This document shows, one piece after another, positions 41,066-55,748 of a stretch of 64,000 nt of DNA. A program made the translations under genes and the position numbers. The DNA is taken from positions 121,334,001-121,398,000 of the forward strand of contig NC_042999.1 of the NCBI RefSeq assembly GCF_006345805.1, written 5' to 3'. The stretch comes from Octopus sinensis. Taxonomy: Eukaryota. How positions within the stretch are numbered: position 1 is the stretch's first letter; each line of letters starts with the position of its first letter. The notes beneath the pieces are model-generated. The model was not told the origin of the DNA. It was given only the letters and a program-made list of their open reading frames with translations, and searched no databases.

Positions 41066-43419
41066 CTAATAAGAAAATAACAAAAATTTATTTAAATCAG
41101 ATTAGTGGATTAAAACAAAAATACTTTCTGAATACTGAGGAAATATCTTTTGATAAAATTTAAAGAAAATCAGAACACTATAAAATATGAATATACCTCT
41201 TTGCATCAAGTAAAATAAGTGGTTATTACAAATTATAGACAGATAGATATAAATATATACATAAGTATACATAGATATGTGTATGTCCATATATCTACAT
41301 ATACATATATGTAAATACTCATTCTTAACATGTTCTAGCCAATTCAGACATAAGTTAAACACCACTGTTTACCATCGTTGGAGAATATCTTCTCCTTTTT
41401 CATGCATGTATGTTCATAACACCCTCGATTCATTGATGTAATAGAACTTTGAGAAAGACTATTTTGACCTGGTTGTGTCTCTCCAGGCTAACTTATACCT
41501 GGAACAATGAATCTAAATGAGAGCTATGGCTTTTTTGTATAGGCAGGTATCAACAAAAATTTATTTACTAAATCCTGTATACTAGCTGAGGCACTGTTTT
41601 GCTTAGGTGCTGAAATTTAGCTCATCATTAGACAGGGTAAAAAAAGAGAACTACCCATATAGTAAGCTTGTTTCTGAACATTTATAGCTAACAATCCTTC
41701 TTCTCATAGAAGGTCAATTCACTGTAGGACTTCAACCTTACACACATACACACACACCTTTAAATATTATAAACTTTAATGACCATGTTCTTCATACATG
41801 AATATTTTATAAACATAAACAAATTTAAATATGAAACCATGAAAGATTATATTAAGTTCTACACTGTATAGCATTTGAAACAAGATACTAAGCCCACAAA
41901 GATATAATTTTGACACAGGTAATTTTAATAATTATCATTTGCCAATATATACTGTCATTTAAAAGGAATAAGCATGTCTCTGTGTGGTATATTTATGTGA
42001 GAAAGGGAGAAAAAATGAGAAAACGGGGGAGTTTAACACTATTGTGAATATCAGATTTCATCTTGACCATCTCGTTTCTTGAATCTTCACTGTTTATCCA
42101 AGAGAGATCTTGGAACTGCAATTTTTTCTTTCATCCTTTATTTCAAAATCATAATGGATTTGTGCAAATTTTGGATAACATTCATTGAGAAATGTTAAGA
42201 TTAATTTAAGATAAACAGCCTAAAATCCTGCTTATCAATATGTGTGTATGTGTGAGTATGAATGTGAATATAGGAAAATATTGAAAATATAGATATGTAT
42301 ATTTACAAATTAAAGCTTGAAAGTAAGAACATAAGATCAAAGATTCACTGATGATTGGTTTCAGGCTTAATGCTATTTTTGTACAATACCATTTATATTG
42401 ATGGCATCATTCCCTCACACGGGTGGAATACAATGAGTTACTTGCAAGCAGGTTCATAAACTGCAGAACTAGTTGAATTTATAGGAATGCAAAACTGAAT
42501 TGAAAAGTATTATTTATATATTTATTAGAAATGGACAGCAAGAGTGAGTGAAAAAGAAATTTTTATGCCGAGGTAAAAAAGCTTTGGGCATAGAGGATGA
42601 AGTGAAAAGTTTAAACCAAAGAAGTTCTTCAGATTTACTTAGTTAAACTGAATTCATTGTTACTTAAATTCCATTAGTAGGGAATGAAGTGCATAATAAT
42701 TTCATCCATGAATACAGCTAGGCAGGGACTTAAAAAATTAGACTGAGTAATGTGAACACAATAATATGCATATTTTCATACACAAACACTGAATACAATG
42801 ATTTACATGAACAAAGTGCATTACATCCCAAAGTCCATAGAGTTATCTGTATAATTAAACAAATACACAAACATACAAACATACATAAAAATATACTTTC
42901 CAGCATTATACATCAAATGATACATGCATGCACAAGAGGCACACAAAAATATACATATGTATTATATATTTATTCATTAGCTTTTATGCCACATTTTTCA
43001 AGTTTGCATGAATTAGATACAGACTTATTTGACAATATTTTATGGCTGGATGCACTTCTTATAACTAATACTTGCTTCTTATTCAAGAAAAGGACTTCTT
43101 TAACTCATTGTCTTCAGATACTAGTCCTTCTATGATTTTCCATATGTATATTATTGTTCCAGGGAGTAAAGCTGTACTTTTCTCAGCCTATCTCTAACTC
43201 AACCACTGCATGGTTTCAGGATTTTTAGTGAGCTGGCATTAGACTGCTTCAAGCTCAGCTGTTCGTTTTGGACTATGTGGTAACCATAGATTGTATCAAT
43301 AGTCCAGGTGGCTGAGAACAAAGGTTCTCCACAGAGTCAACACGGTCTCTTGGTCTCGTCTTCAAGGAACTCAGTATCCATCCTGCCAGTTGTCTGCACT
43401 TCGCTGCCATTTTGCTTTA

Positions 43420-43425
43420 GTACAT

Positions 43426-43460
<35 letters not shown>

Positions 43461-44110
43461 CACACATATATATAAATATCTATATATATACGCATATATA
43501 AATATACATATAAATATATACATATATATACACATACATAAATATATACATATATATACACATACGTAAATATATACATATATATACACATACGTAAATA
43601 TATATATACATATATATACACATACGTAAATATATATATACATATATATACACATACGTAAATATATATATACATATATATACACATACATAAATATATA
43701 CATATACATACACATACATAAATATATATATAAATATATACATATATATACACATACATGAATATATATATATGTACATACATAAATATACATAAACATA
43801 TATATACATATATATATACACATACATAAATATATATGTACATATATATATATACATGCATACATATATACATAAATAAATATATATATACACATACATA
43901 AATATATATATACACATATATATACATACATAAATACATATATACACATATATATACATACATAAATATATATACACATATATATATATACATACATAAA
44001 TATATATATACACACACATATATATATATACATACAAATATACATATACACATATATATACATACATACAAATATATATATACACACACATATATATATA
44101 TACATACATA
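43420..44110. repeat. ~700-bp AT-rich minisatellite/compound microsatellite, unit about tatatacacatac(g/a)taaatatatataca, 26-30 bp
   Basis: Directly visible tandem units; source of three spurious Y/I/C/V-rich ORFs. Confidence 0.95.
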
Positions 44111-44124
44111 TAATTAATTAATAA

Positions 44125-44623
44125 GGGTGAGAGAATTAGATACTAATTTAATAGTATATCTATTCAACACCAAGTGGCCCAGTGCTCCGAGAAACCTGGA
44201 TTATTATAATATTTTATAATATATTATAATATTTTATACAAAAATAAATATAAGAGAGTGGTCACTATATGGCTCACTCTAGCACTAGTTAATCCAAAAG
44301 GTTTCAACCACAAAAATACATGTTTCCCATGAAAGTCAGTACGATTGTTAGCTCACACGAACAGGGCAAATAAAAAATAACAAAAATACAGATTATTTTG
44401 GGACAATTGTTTCGCTATTAATGAATTAAATGTAATTTTACTTACAAAAAATCCACTTGTAGCTCCTCAGCCAAAACTATCTGGATGAAATCCACTCAAT
44501 CACACACCAGATTTTACCATAACGATAAATACACGTGTGGTTCAATTGATTACATAAGCTATAAATGTGGTCCAACTAATGTGTTTGTTAATCTGAGGTT
44601 TTCTCCATTTTCTGATTATCTGC

Positions 44624-44625
<2 letters not shown>
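44125..44625 (-). mobile_element. Penelope-like terminal (pLTR-type) fragment carrying the hammerhead
   Basis: Non-coding segment between microsatellites containing a hammerhead of the architecture known from Penelope-like elements; boundaries approximate. Confidence 0.45.
44394..44478 (-). ncRNA. Type I hammerhead ribozyme with intact core (Penelope/retrozyme-like minimal form)
   Basis: Minus strand reads ttttgg-CTGAGGA-gcta...tagc-GAAA-C-AATT-GTC-ccaaaa: stem I 6 bp, stem II 4 bp plus imperfect extension, palindromic stem III ACAATTGT, GUC cleavage triplet. Confidence 0.8.
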
Positions 44626-44666
<41 letters not shown>

Positions 44667-44899
44667 CATGCATACATATTTCAGTTTAAACATTTCAGTT
44701 TCTTTGCAAACTTATATAATACTATGTGTAGGCAGGTTTTAAAATAAGTACACCACATTTCTCTTTGTTATAAGAGGTGACTGAACTGTTGGCACTGAAG
44801 ACATCTTTCTATAAAATGCTGCCTCTGACCCATGCCAGCACAAAAGAGCAGAGAAATGATGATGATACATATTTAAATATTTATAAACACACCCACTAT

Positions 44900-46990
44900 A
44901 TATAAAGCAAACTCAATTAGAAACTGATTTAGAACAGAAAAATGCGGCAACTGCAAGAGAGGTTCCTACTAAAAAAGGAAGACTCTATACCAAGCATTCA
45001 CTGATGTAGAGAAGGCCTTTGATAGGATACCGTGCTGTCATCTGGTTTTTCACCATGGGAACTGGTAGATGTATAGTTTGTGATGGTCATACAAGCCATG
45101 TACACTAATGCAGTCAGCAAGGTGAGAATTATCAATGAGTTTAGTGATACAGATAGGGATCCATCAGTGCTCAGTTCTCAACTCTCTTCTTTTTTGTTAA
45201 AGTACTTTAATCTATTAGAGAGTAGTTTGAGATTAGCTATCTATGAGAACTCCTATTTGCTGATGACACTGTTCATACAGCAGAACCTTTGAAAGATTTG
45301 GAGAAGGAATTTCAGACATTTAAATAAAACCAGGAGTTGAAAAGCCTTAAAATAATAAAAACCAAGGCTAAAATTATGCTAAATAGAAAAATCAGGTCTC
45401 TACTACCATCAGGGTAATTGCAGTGCATAATATGCAGAAAAGGAGAAGGCAAACATTCGAAGCAATATACCCTATGTAAATAATGGACCACAACAGGAGA
45501 AGGAAATCACAGTCATGTTAACAGTAAAGGTTTTATGTGACATATGCTCAGGAGCATTAAGCTCAAAAAGTACCAAGGAAATATATTCTCTCAGCAGCCC
45601 AGCTGGCTCTAAAGGAATAATCCATAATTTATGTTAGTTAGGTAATCAAATTGGAGTGGGTGTGTGTTTTGAAACAAAGTGGCCAGAGTAAGAATAAGTT
45701 TAAAATGTTCCTTTTAACAAAATCCTCTTCATTAGTCAAGAGAAAATTGTATGATGCTTGTGTGCAAAGTAAGATTTTACATAGAAGTGAGACATGTGCT
45801 TTGAATGCAGAGGATTTACAAAGGCTAGAAAGGAAGTGAGCATGTTTTACTGCATGTGTAATATTAGTGCACATGAAAGCCTGAGTACAAATAACCTGAA
45901 AGAAAAGCTGTGTTGAAAAGGAATCAGATGCAATATGCAAGACAGAAGACTACATTGTGTGTGCATGTGATGAGAAGGGATAACAAACTGCTGAGTGCTC
46001 AAAGTAGACAGTGCTATTAGAAGAGGAAGACCTAAAATGATATAGAATGAAATTATGAAAACCAATCTCAAGATACAGAACCTCACATAATAGAAGACAG
46101 CAGACAACATCAAATGGTTGCATTCAAAGCTAGAGAAAACCTGCACTCTCATGTAAGCATGACAAAGCAAATACTATCCCGTTTTCTTCCATTGTTCCCT
46201 CACTGCCTCTATGATATCTCTGTCTTCTTTTCTCTCACTCTCTCTGACACTTTCCCCATAGTTCTTTGCTGCCTTAACATCCTCTCACTCTCTCTAGCCA
46301 CTCCCTCTTCTTCCATGACACCTCTTCAGCTCTTTCTTTCAGTGACCCTCTCCCCACAGTTTCTCCAGCTTCTTAGCCCCTTCTTCTCCATCTTTCTTTC
46401 ATGCACACCTACCCAATTCATCCATATTCTCCATATTCACCCTTATAACATGAGATAGCACTGAGCTGCCTCTACTCAACCACTCCCATCACCCTTACCA
46501 CACTGGCCCTGACTCTTTTTCTCACTAACCACTGACACCATTCTTTCCCTTCCATTAACCTCACCAGTACTGTCTTCATTCTTACTCACTCCACAGCCAC
46601 TCTTGCATAACAATGAATTCGTTTCTTTTATCACACTTTAACTTTTCTCAACACCTCCCCTAAAACCACCACACATTCTCTTTTCTTTCAGTCATGGCAG
46701 TTTTACAGTCTTTTGAATTGAGATGACCTCACTAGTACTCATAAAACAAGAAAAGCACCCAGTACACTCTGAAAGCTTGTTTGGTGAATAGATCAGAGAA
46801 ACACATGTTTGAAAGGAGTTTTTAATCTTGCTGAGAGCAAAATAACCTCTATAACACTGGTATTATGAGAGAAGATGTCATTGAAACAATATCAAAATGT
46901 AGATGTCTATGCAACACATGTTCCTTAAAAGTTAGATCCTACTGAACCATCCAATGCATGCAACATGAAAAGCATATAAGTGAATATACA
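44900..46990 (+). mobile_element. RTE-clade LINE 3' half: RT, CT-rich 3' UTR and conserved tail
   Basis: AFTDVEKAFDRIP, VIQAMYTNAVSKVR, ELLFADD, KLYDACVQSKILHRSETCALNAEDLQRLER. Confidence 0.85.
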
Positions 46991-48701
46991 CACAGAAGTT
47001 CAAATCAATCAGATTATTTGCCACCAGCAAACTTCTATTGAACCGGAGTGCTTCATTAATAAGTTTTTTTAATTGCTTTATCACAATGTCCTGTTCTCAA
47101 TTTAGACAAAGGTGTTTTATGAAAATATATCTAAAATGTAAGTACCCCTTCTAAGATATGCGACCCTTGTGAGCTAACATTGTTGCTAAAGGGTGCTACC
47201 ATCCATGTTTAAGAACCAGTGAGTGTGATTGTTAAATTTATCTACAATTTCTAGTAAGTCATCAAAGTAAGTAACCCCTAATATACAATCAATTACTGCT
47301 GTTACACTGCATATCTGGTGCACAATTTTAGTTTTGCTTTTTGGTCAGTCAACTCAATATTGCTAACAATTTATGTAAACATTTCTTGTTTGACCACTCA
47401 ATACAGACTACCTACTCAATCTATTGAACAAATATATTGCTTTGATATTGTTGAGATTTTGTGGGTCATAGCTAAATAAATCAGCATTCATTATGTACCC
47501 AGTCTCTTTAAATTAGTTTACTCTCAGCAACCTAGCTATCTCTAAGAGGGTTACTCTGTTAGCAACTCTCAGTTACTCTAAATTAAAACTCTGCAACCTA
47601 GCTTCCATGGTCACACTGCTAGATTGCTCAAACACTTACTTAAGGTGAAAAGAGGTACAACATCATAGCTGAGAGTCAGATATGAGAAAATGATAGCTAA
47701 GTGGAAAAACTGATCAACCAAGATGTCTGATTTTCATGAATAAAAATATATTGCTACAGAAATCAGATGTATCAAATTAAAAGTGAAAATGAATTATATA
47801 GATTTCATCTAAAATATACAAGTATTACAAAGAGTGAATTATGCCAAAGATAAATATCAGATGAAATAAAATGAAATTTTTCCTTTAAGTATAGGAAAAT
47901 ACATTGAAATAAAAGATTAAAAAATACAGAAAACCAGTATAAGATTACATTTATGCAAATTTAACGAGTAATCATACAATATTAAAATTTATTTTACAAG
48001 CAGTTAATGATTTAATGATCAGCACTATAATTAAAACACCCAAGAATTAGTCACTGCATCAATTAATCAACAATTTTATACCAAAATTACAGAAAGATTT
48101 TAGTTTTTGATGGAGTAAAATTACAAACTACCACTATTCTAGTCAAGTGAAAACTGCTTCAACATGTTTGTTATAGTAGAACATTTCCCATATTTCCAAT
48201 AGATTCATCCTATAATCAGTCACTATAAAGCTATGACAGCTGGTTTTGAAATAGCAAATCAAAAGATCACACAGTTACAATATCTCTGAACTCTCTGAAG
48301 AAATGACATTAAACAGTCTCCTCTGAATATCTGCAAACATGTGCGTGCATGTACACGTTGTTGCATTTGTCTCAAAAAGCTTAAAATGTAATGTGAAGGT
48401 ACAAACCCTGCTAAAGATATTTTACTGTTTTAGATAAAGGTCCCCAGCCCAAGTCACTCAACTAGGGAAAATAACAGCACTCAGAAACAAATGCAAATTC
48501 ATGTAATTGTTTACACATGTATATCTGAAAACCTAAACCATTTTCAATCACTATTTTAATGAAAGCATATAATAAAACTTGATATGAAATAAAAAGGAAA
48601 TACTTTGTGACAATATTTTTCTTGGTAAAGATTTAAAGTGTAAACACACATGCAGTATGTGTATACATATATATATACGTACATATGTGAACGTAAGTCT
48701 G

Positions 48702-48744
<43 letters not shown>

Positions 48745-49329
48745 TATACATATATTTACACAACAGAAATATAGATGTGTATCCGAGTTTGTATGATTCT
48801 TACTAGAATTTCTGAAAGACCCTTGAGATGCCTACATACATATAAATGTACTTTTGCACAATGCAGCAGGAATAAATTTTGAGTAACTGTTAACATAATT
48901 TACTTTTAACCTCCCCATTCTTATAAACATCAAATAGATATTTAATTCGCTTTGTGATCGTGAGTGCACCAAACCTCATGTGTGCATATGCTCACATTTT
49001 TGCAGATGCTTGTATGAGCGAGTGTACAAAAACCATGCAGCTTGCACAAGGGTGTTTATACATCCAGATTTGGTAACGGTTATTTTCAATACTTTTCTCA
49101 CTGTATTGCATGTTCATTTGTCTTTTTTCTATCTGTGATTTTATTTTTGATCTTCTATGTAAATGAAGACATTTCCTCCATCTTGCTGCTTTTCTTTCCT
49201 CAAAATGAGAAGATGCATTGCGGAACTGTTATCTTAACGAGTTGTGTCTATCACCTGATAAGATACATTTGCACGGCCTGATGCTCCTGAACCACATATA
49301 CAAATGCATATACACACATACACGTATAT

Positions 49330-49575
49330 GCATCATCATCATTTCACTGTCCATACTGGCAGAGGTTGGATGGTTTGACCAGAGCTGGTAAGCTGGAGAG
49401 CTGCACCAGGCTCCAGTCTGATTTGGTATAGTTTTTTTATGGCTGGATGCCCTTCCTAATGCCAACCACTTTACAGAGTATGTTGGGTTCTTTTACACAG
49501 CACTGCATGGGCGCTTTTATTTGGTACCACACAAATGCTTTTACAAGGCATCGCACAGGTGCTTCTACATGGCTC
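49330..49575 (-). mobile_element. SINE with RTE-type tail
   Basis: catcatcatcattt...ggctggatgcccttcctaatgccaaccactttacagagt. Confidence 0.75.
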
Positions 49576-50979
49576 CATAAAAATTCATATATGCATCTAT
49601 ACACACATATATAAACATACAAATATATATGTATATACATATATTTATATACTTGTATACATGTACACATATACATACACACATACATTCAAATACCTAT
49701 ATGCATAGTCATACAATTGTCCATCAGTTTATACACTACTCAGCATGGTTTCATATAAGCAATGTATTGGTTTGATTCAACCTTTATTTCCTTTTACTTT
49801 ATGTAAATAAAGCTCCATTTTGTCATTTTCACTTCAGTTTTGTATCTTCCATTCATTTTACATTTATTTCACTTCATCAATAGTGATGTAGAGCACACAC
49901 TAAATCAATAACAAAGTTACAATTTTTTCCCCTTCTGTCTTGGTTTTTTTCTTTTAATTTTTATTTATTTCTTTTTTTTTGTATTGTCATCTAATTATCT
50001 AAAAGAAAACTTCTTGAAAGATGAAAAGAATGAAAAATTTTGATCTCCCTATCAGCTATTTACAAGTGGATAGCAAAACTAGCAGTAGTGTGAAACCCTG
50101 GAGGCCAATCACGGTTACACAAAATATCACACTCAGAAATAGGAGTTTTACATCTGTAGTAGTCCTCATGATGAAAATTACAAACAACTATACAGCTGAT
50201 TTGAAAGAAGATAAAGATGAAATACAGAACACCCATACCATCGTATATTTAGGAAAAATTTATGATTTCATACTTTATTCCACTCTACTGCCATATTTCA
50301 TTTACATGCACAGAGTCATACCATTCTTTTCCTATAAAAACCACTTTAAAACATCTTTCAATAAGTATATGATGAAACACCAAATTTGTTATTCCACAAA
50401 ATATACTTGTAAAATAGGGTATGTCATATACCCTATTTATCTTAAATGTTGACAAATAAAATGATAAAAAAAAAGACTGAAGTATTCTAAAATAAATAGG
50501 TTAGCTCAAAATTTAATCTCTCAAAAAATTTAAGAAATAATTATTTTTCTGTTTTTGCATTTTATGACTAATTCTGAAAAATAAAGTCTATTCCAAAAGT
50601 ACAATCAAAAGGACTTTTAGAAAGGCCCATAATTTATAAGAGATATTTTATAACTAGAAAAAATATAAGATTTACTGAAATGAAACAATAACAGTGAAGA
50701 AATTAATTGTAGATTCTCTTTCAGATAAAAAAGTAAGTTGAATAAAAATAATCTTCCAAAAATATTGTGAATGATTATCAAATTAATACTTTCTGAAGAA
50801 TTTTGTTTGGAGTTGAACATAATCAATTAATTATATAATCAATATAATAAAGAGTTATTTTGTGGGTACACATGCTCGTGTTAGTGCATGTTCACAGCAA
50901 ACACACACAAATAATGCTACAATAAATTGATTCATAAATGCCAAATATTTAGGCCAGAATATTGCACATTTATACTTTT

Positions 50980-51420
50980 ATTCCTTTACTTGTTTTGGCC
51001 ATTGGACCATGGCAATATTGAGGTACTACAATCAACAGTTTAATTACTCATATCAAAACCAAAGCTAATTTTTAAAACTGTTATTTTGTCCAGCTCTTTT
51101 TGATAAACCTTCTCATCAACGAGCATCACTTGTTTTCAAGCAAGGGAATATTCCTCTATGGCCAGATATGTTATTTTGTCCAGCTCTATTTGATAAACCA
51201 CAGAACATAAACAAAAAGTGCCAGTTTTTTGTTAAGTGGCATCAAAATTAAGACAGGCAAAGAGAAATAAATGCAGGCTTCCAAAATGTTTTTCTACCAA
51301 AATTCATTCACAAAGTATTATTAGTCAGCTCAAGGTTACAGCACAAGATGTTTTATGGTGTGACAACAGCAGATACCATATTGTTGTGAAGGGAAATTCT
51401 GAAACATAGTCATGCCAAAT
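50980..51420 (-). mobile_element. tRNA-derived SINE with ~30-bp internal duplication
   Basis: Similar to 34750-35105; tgttattttgtccagctct.tttgataaacc occurs twice (~51079, ~51169). Confidence 0.55.
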
Positions 51421-51804
51421 AATTTTAACAATTTGCAGTTAATACATATTGCAAAAGAAAAGAATGTATTCTCAGAAGTCTACTGAAGAATGCATGGGCT
51501 AGTTAGATTACAATTCCTTTTGGCTAGGCACAAATTCACTATAGTTAAGATAAAACATGGGTTATATTGACTTTCATTGATTTATTGTCAGAATAGCAGG
51601 AATATAGTTTAGGTAAAGCAGAACTTGCCTCATAGCAAATGTTTAAATTAGTTTAACATAAACATACAAGATTTATTAGACACTGTGTAGAGAACAGCAA
51701 TGAAAACAAAGAATTCCAAAAGACAGATATGTGCTGAAATAAAAATGCCACAAAACAAAGCATTATTCATCTTCCAAATGGTTGATCTAGGAATAGCTGT
51801 GTAT

Positions 51805-52200
51805 AGGTACAGGCCTGGCTACATCTTTAAGAAACTTGCTTTCCAACCATGTGATTTTAGGTTCAGTCTAAAGAACTGTACTCAGAAGAAGCACCAAGCA
51901 AATCAAAGCTTTATAGGTGAATCTACTAGACTGAAGCTTAAAGAAGCCTGTCATATATGTGTGTGTGCTTGAGTGCACCCCTTGTCTTCTCACCACATGA
52001 TTGTAAACAAGCATCACTATCTGACAAGCGATACTATTCATTTCCAAATTAGAATGGCAAACATATCTGGCCATAGAGGAATATACCCTTGCTTGAAAAC
52101 AAGTGATGCTTGTTGATGAGAAGGGCATCAGCAGTAGAAAATCTGCCTCGATGAATTTTTTCCAACCCAAGTGGACAATAAAAATATAATAAAATAAATA
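51805..52200 (+). mobile_element. tRNA-derived SINE
   Basis: Head aggcctggct...aagaaacttgctttccaaccatgtgattttaggttcagtc, internal (TG)n, tail aagggcatcagcagtagaaaatctgcctc. Confidence 0.7.
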
Positions 52201-53015
52201 ATCAAGTGACATGATGGAAATAACTTCTTATACATTAGCAAGTCTTAATTATTTTGGCAGCATGGATTAAAACAATACTATAACAATGCTTAGGTGTGTC
52301 ACAAGTCCTAGCATTTATAAAGCAAGAGCTTAACCCGCTTCTCATATAAATGACTGAGATTATAATACTCCCCATTGAACAGGATGCTGGTCTGCAACAT
52401 GGTTGTCAAAATTAGAGTATGTTCTTGAGAACGAAGTGTCTTCAACACCGGAAAATGTGGTAGTTCTTTTCTATGTCACCAGAAGTAGTAAGGTCGCCTT
52501 ACAGCTTGCGAGACAACAAAACCCAAGGGGCAACTTTATGCTAGGAGATTAGGGCAGAGAGAAGAGAGAAAAGGACCTGGGCAGAACAGATTTCTAAATG
52601 TAGAGGAGCTACATGGTTAGTTACATTATTGAAAAGAAGATTAACAGTTTACTGGAAGCTGAAGTAACTCCTCTACACAACACTACTTAACATATACTTA
52701 ATATATATACAAGTGTATGTATGTGTATAATATATACACACTGTATGCACACAATGTACACACTTAAAAGATACAGAAATGTTTTAAACAGGTATCATTT
52801 CTTTTCTTGTTTCTTTTTCTTTCTTAGGGTTCACCAGATGTGTCAGTCAACTTTTCCTTTTTACAGCATACAGTTTGCTGTGCACAACTTTCTAGGTTAG
52901 TTTTATTTTTCTTCAGTTTATGTTTACATTCTGTCTACTTGTAGTAACTGTTCACATTATCCAATTGTCTGTCTCTTATATCCCTGCAATTCTATCTATC
53001 ATTCTACACACATTT

Positions 53016-53083
53016 CAGATATATATGCATGAATGTATATGCATATAATATACATACACATATGTACTTACATATAAACTTTC

Positions 53084-53116
<33 letters not shown>

Positions 53117-53230
53117 AATATATATATATATATATACAGATATATATGCATGAATGTATACGCATATAATATACATACACATATGTACTTACATATAAAC
53201 TTTCATATATATATATATATATATATATAT
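53016..53230. repeat. Tandem duplication of a ~120-bp microsatellite-containing unit
   Basis: cagatatatatgcatgaatgtata.gcatataatatacatacacatatgtacttacatataaactttc occurs at 53016 and 53137. Confidence 0.9.
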
Positions 53231-53498
53231 GTAATTAAGGGCATAGAAAAATTTCTAGACTATATGCAGAAAATATGCTGAAAATGATTTCACCTTAATT
53301 AGTCTACTTTTTGTATGCTGGCAACAGATAATATTTTTTTAAAATTTTAACCTTTATCATATATATATATATATATATATATTTACACACATACAAACAT
53401 ATGTACACACACATATATACATACATATAAACTGCCATATATATATATATATATATACACACACAAACATACACACATATGTACCGAAATATAAACTT

Positions 53499-53536
<38 letters not shown>

Positions 53537-53538
<2 letters not shown>

Positions 53539-53640
53539 CAGGGTGACTCAAAAAAAGTATGCATACTTTGACAGCTGACAACTCAATCTTCATTTCTTTT
53601 CAAATTTAACTAATTAGAAATAACAAGATCTAAACAAAGG
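53537..53640 (+). mobile_element. Tc1/mariner-type terminal fragment
   Basis: TA followed by CAGGGTGACTCAAAAAAAGTAT, a typical TIR start, directly after a (TA)n tract. Confidence 0.45.
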
Positions 53641-55628
53641 AAATTTATTCAAACTGGATACTAGTATCAATACTAGTGCTACTGGGTAACAATCCAATTG
53701 TAAAGAGAGTTAAGGTGAGTGTTTCAAAAAGATTCACCTATGTAACTTACCATTACTTGATTAGTGATAATTTTGAGGCATATGAGATTGCTCAGAATGT
53801 CCTAAGATATCGACAAGCAACACAGCAAAAATGGATACTAGAAACATTGCCTGAGTTCAAGAAAAGCTGAAGGCTTAATGTGTCTCGTACCCACATCTCT
53901 ATATATACATGCATGCATTCATATATACATATAGACATTGACACACATTTACATACACATGCATATGCACACACCCACATATATATGCATTGATGCATAT
54001 GTGTGTGTGTATGTGTGTGTGCGTCCGCTTCCTATGCTTTTACAATGACAACAGTTGTGCTGCAAGGACATTTATCATGTCTCTCATACACAATATGTAC
54101 TTCAACTTTTCAACAGTATCTAAGATGGAAACAATGAAGAGTTGGCATCATGAACAGCATCTTGCCACAGAATACTGCTCCAAGGAATCTTATCTAACCC
54201 ATGCTGACATAGTAAAAACAGATGTAAAGACAAAAATAAAATTAAACAAAATATATGTTTAATTTTTATAAAGTCTAAATGCTCAAAATTACTGACTGTT
54301 CACATGATGATAGTGCCTCTCAAGTTCAATAAGTTTACATTGTTATATTATTTAAAACTTTGCTGAAATAAACATATTCCATGAAGAAAAAAAAGTGCTC
54401 AACTAACAAGGAAGAAACTCATTAACAAACAGCAACCTAACTTAATCATTAAAATTACTGTTCTACTTTTTACATTGTTTCTTCCATACTGCAAATATTA
54501 ACAGCAAAAACACATTTTAGAGAAAATAATGTAAAATTTACACTTATCTGCAAATATTCAACACAAAAATAATTTTCATAATTTATTTATTTTTTTGTTC
54601 CCTTTTTTCAATGGTAAGAAGGTGAGAAATAAGTATGTAATATAGAAAAGAATTTCACTTTTTTTCTATATTTTCATTTTCAAATGTGGCAGCATAAAAC
54701 ATTATGTATTAAACTCAGTAATATAAGCAACAATGTACAAGTGTAAATATGTGAAAGAGAAAGATAGGGAAAGTGTGTGAGTGTGTTTAACATTTCCACA
54801 TGCATAATTCTGTTGATCTGCTTTCATGCTTCTAAGTTCATGGAAAGGTGATTGTCATTTGCAAAGTTCTGTTTTCATATATTAAGAATACAAGATGGAT
54901 TGTACTAAGAGAAATTTTAAAACATAATGAAGAGCTTACTTATTTAAATTAATGCATTACCTAGAGAATTAGCCTAAAACTTCACTTTGGTTATGAAACA
55001 CTCTAAAAATTTAATGATGACTACTATCCAAACTATTATTAAGGATTAAGGAGGTTTTGTTGTTCAAAAGATGTTATCTTAATGACTCATATGTATGTGA
55101 GAAATTCATGAAGCTTTTCTTTACTTATAGTAATTTTTAGATACTTTTACATACTCAATACAAAACATTTAATTTTTAATTATGTTTAATGATAATAATA
55201 TAAATATACTTTTTTTTCCTATCATCATAAATCACTAATATTTCTTGAAATCTATACTCAGTTTTAATTTTCATTGAAGTCTAGTTATTTATCAACTTAC
55301 AACAATCCAGATTGCCATCATTTCATTTATTTGAAGCTTATGGTATGATAATATCTATTTGAAATCTATCCTATCACTTGATTTCTCCCCCAAAATTCCC
55401 TAATAAAAGTTTAAAACATTTTTATATGATACTAATTTTTGCAGGGAACTGAAAAAGACTGCCAACCTAAATTCATATAATCAATACCTAAAGTTGACAA
55501 AAATATATACAACAAAAACCATCAACCTAAATATTTGTACTGGGATCTTTATTTTCAAACATTTTGGCAAGGAGATGTAGACGACCAATATCTATTTGAA
55601 TTCGAAAACTTCAGTAGCAATATCATAC

Positions 55629-55748
55629 CATTCTAAGAGTGTCTGCCTCCTCCTCGTCTGGCATTTCAGGAACACCTTTTAATGTATCTTCATTCTGGTA
55701 GATGTCAGCTTCTTCTTCTTCTGCATGAAGTAGTAGCATACCTCCACC
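55629..55748 (-). CDS. Putative alternative exon B': tandem duplicate of the 3' part of exon B (GGGMLLLHAEEEEADIYQNEDTLKGVPEMPDEEEADTLRM); homology extends upstream to about 55785
   Basis: Open frame, donor ATG|gtatga at the homologous position, candidate phase-0 acceptor ggcctcacag|G, mostly synonymous differences and two whole-codon indels relative to 56237-56385. Confidence 0.6.

Noticed and set aside
42040-42115. Open phase-0 frame FQDLSWINSEDSRNEM in the B-C intron
   Set aside because: No pyrimidine tract and no convincing donor
43337-44109. Three long ORFs (209-250 aa) rich in Y/I/C/V/M
   Set aside because: Translations of a TA/CA minisatellite that lacks stop codons on the minus strand
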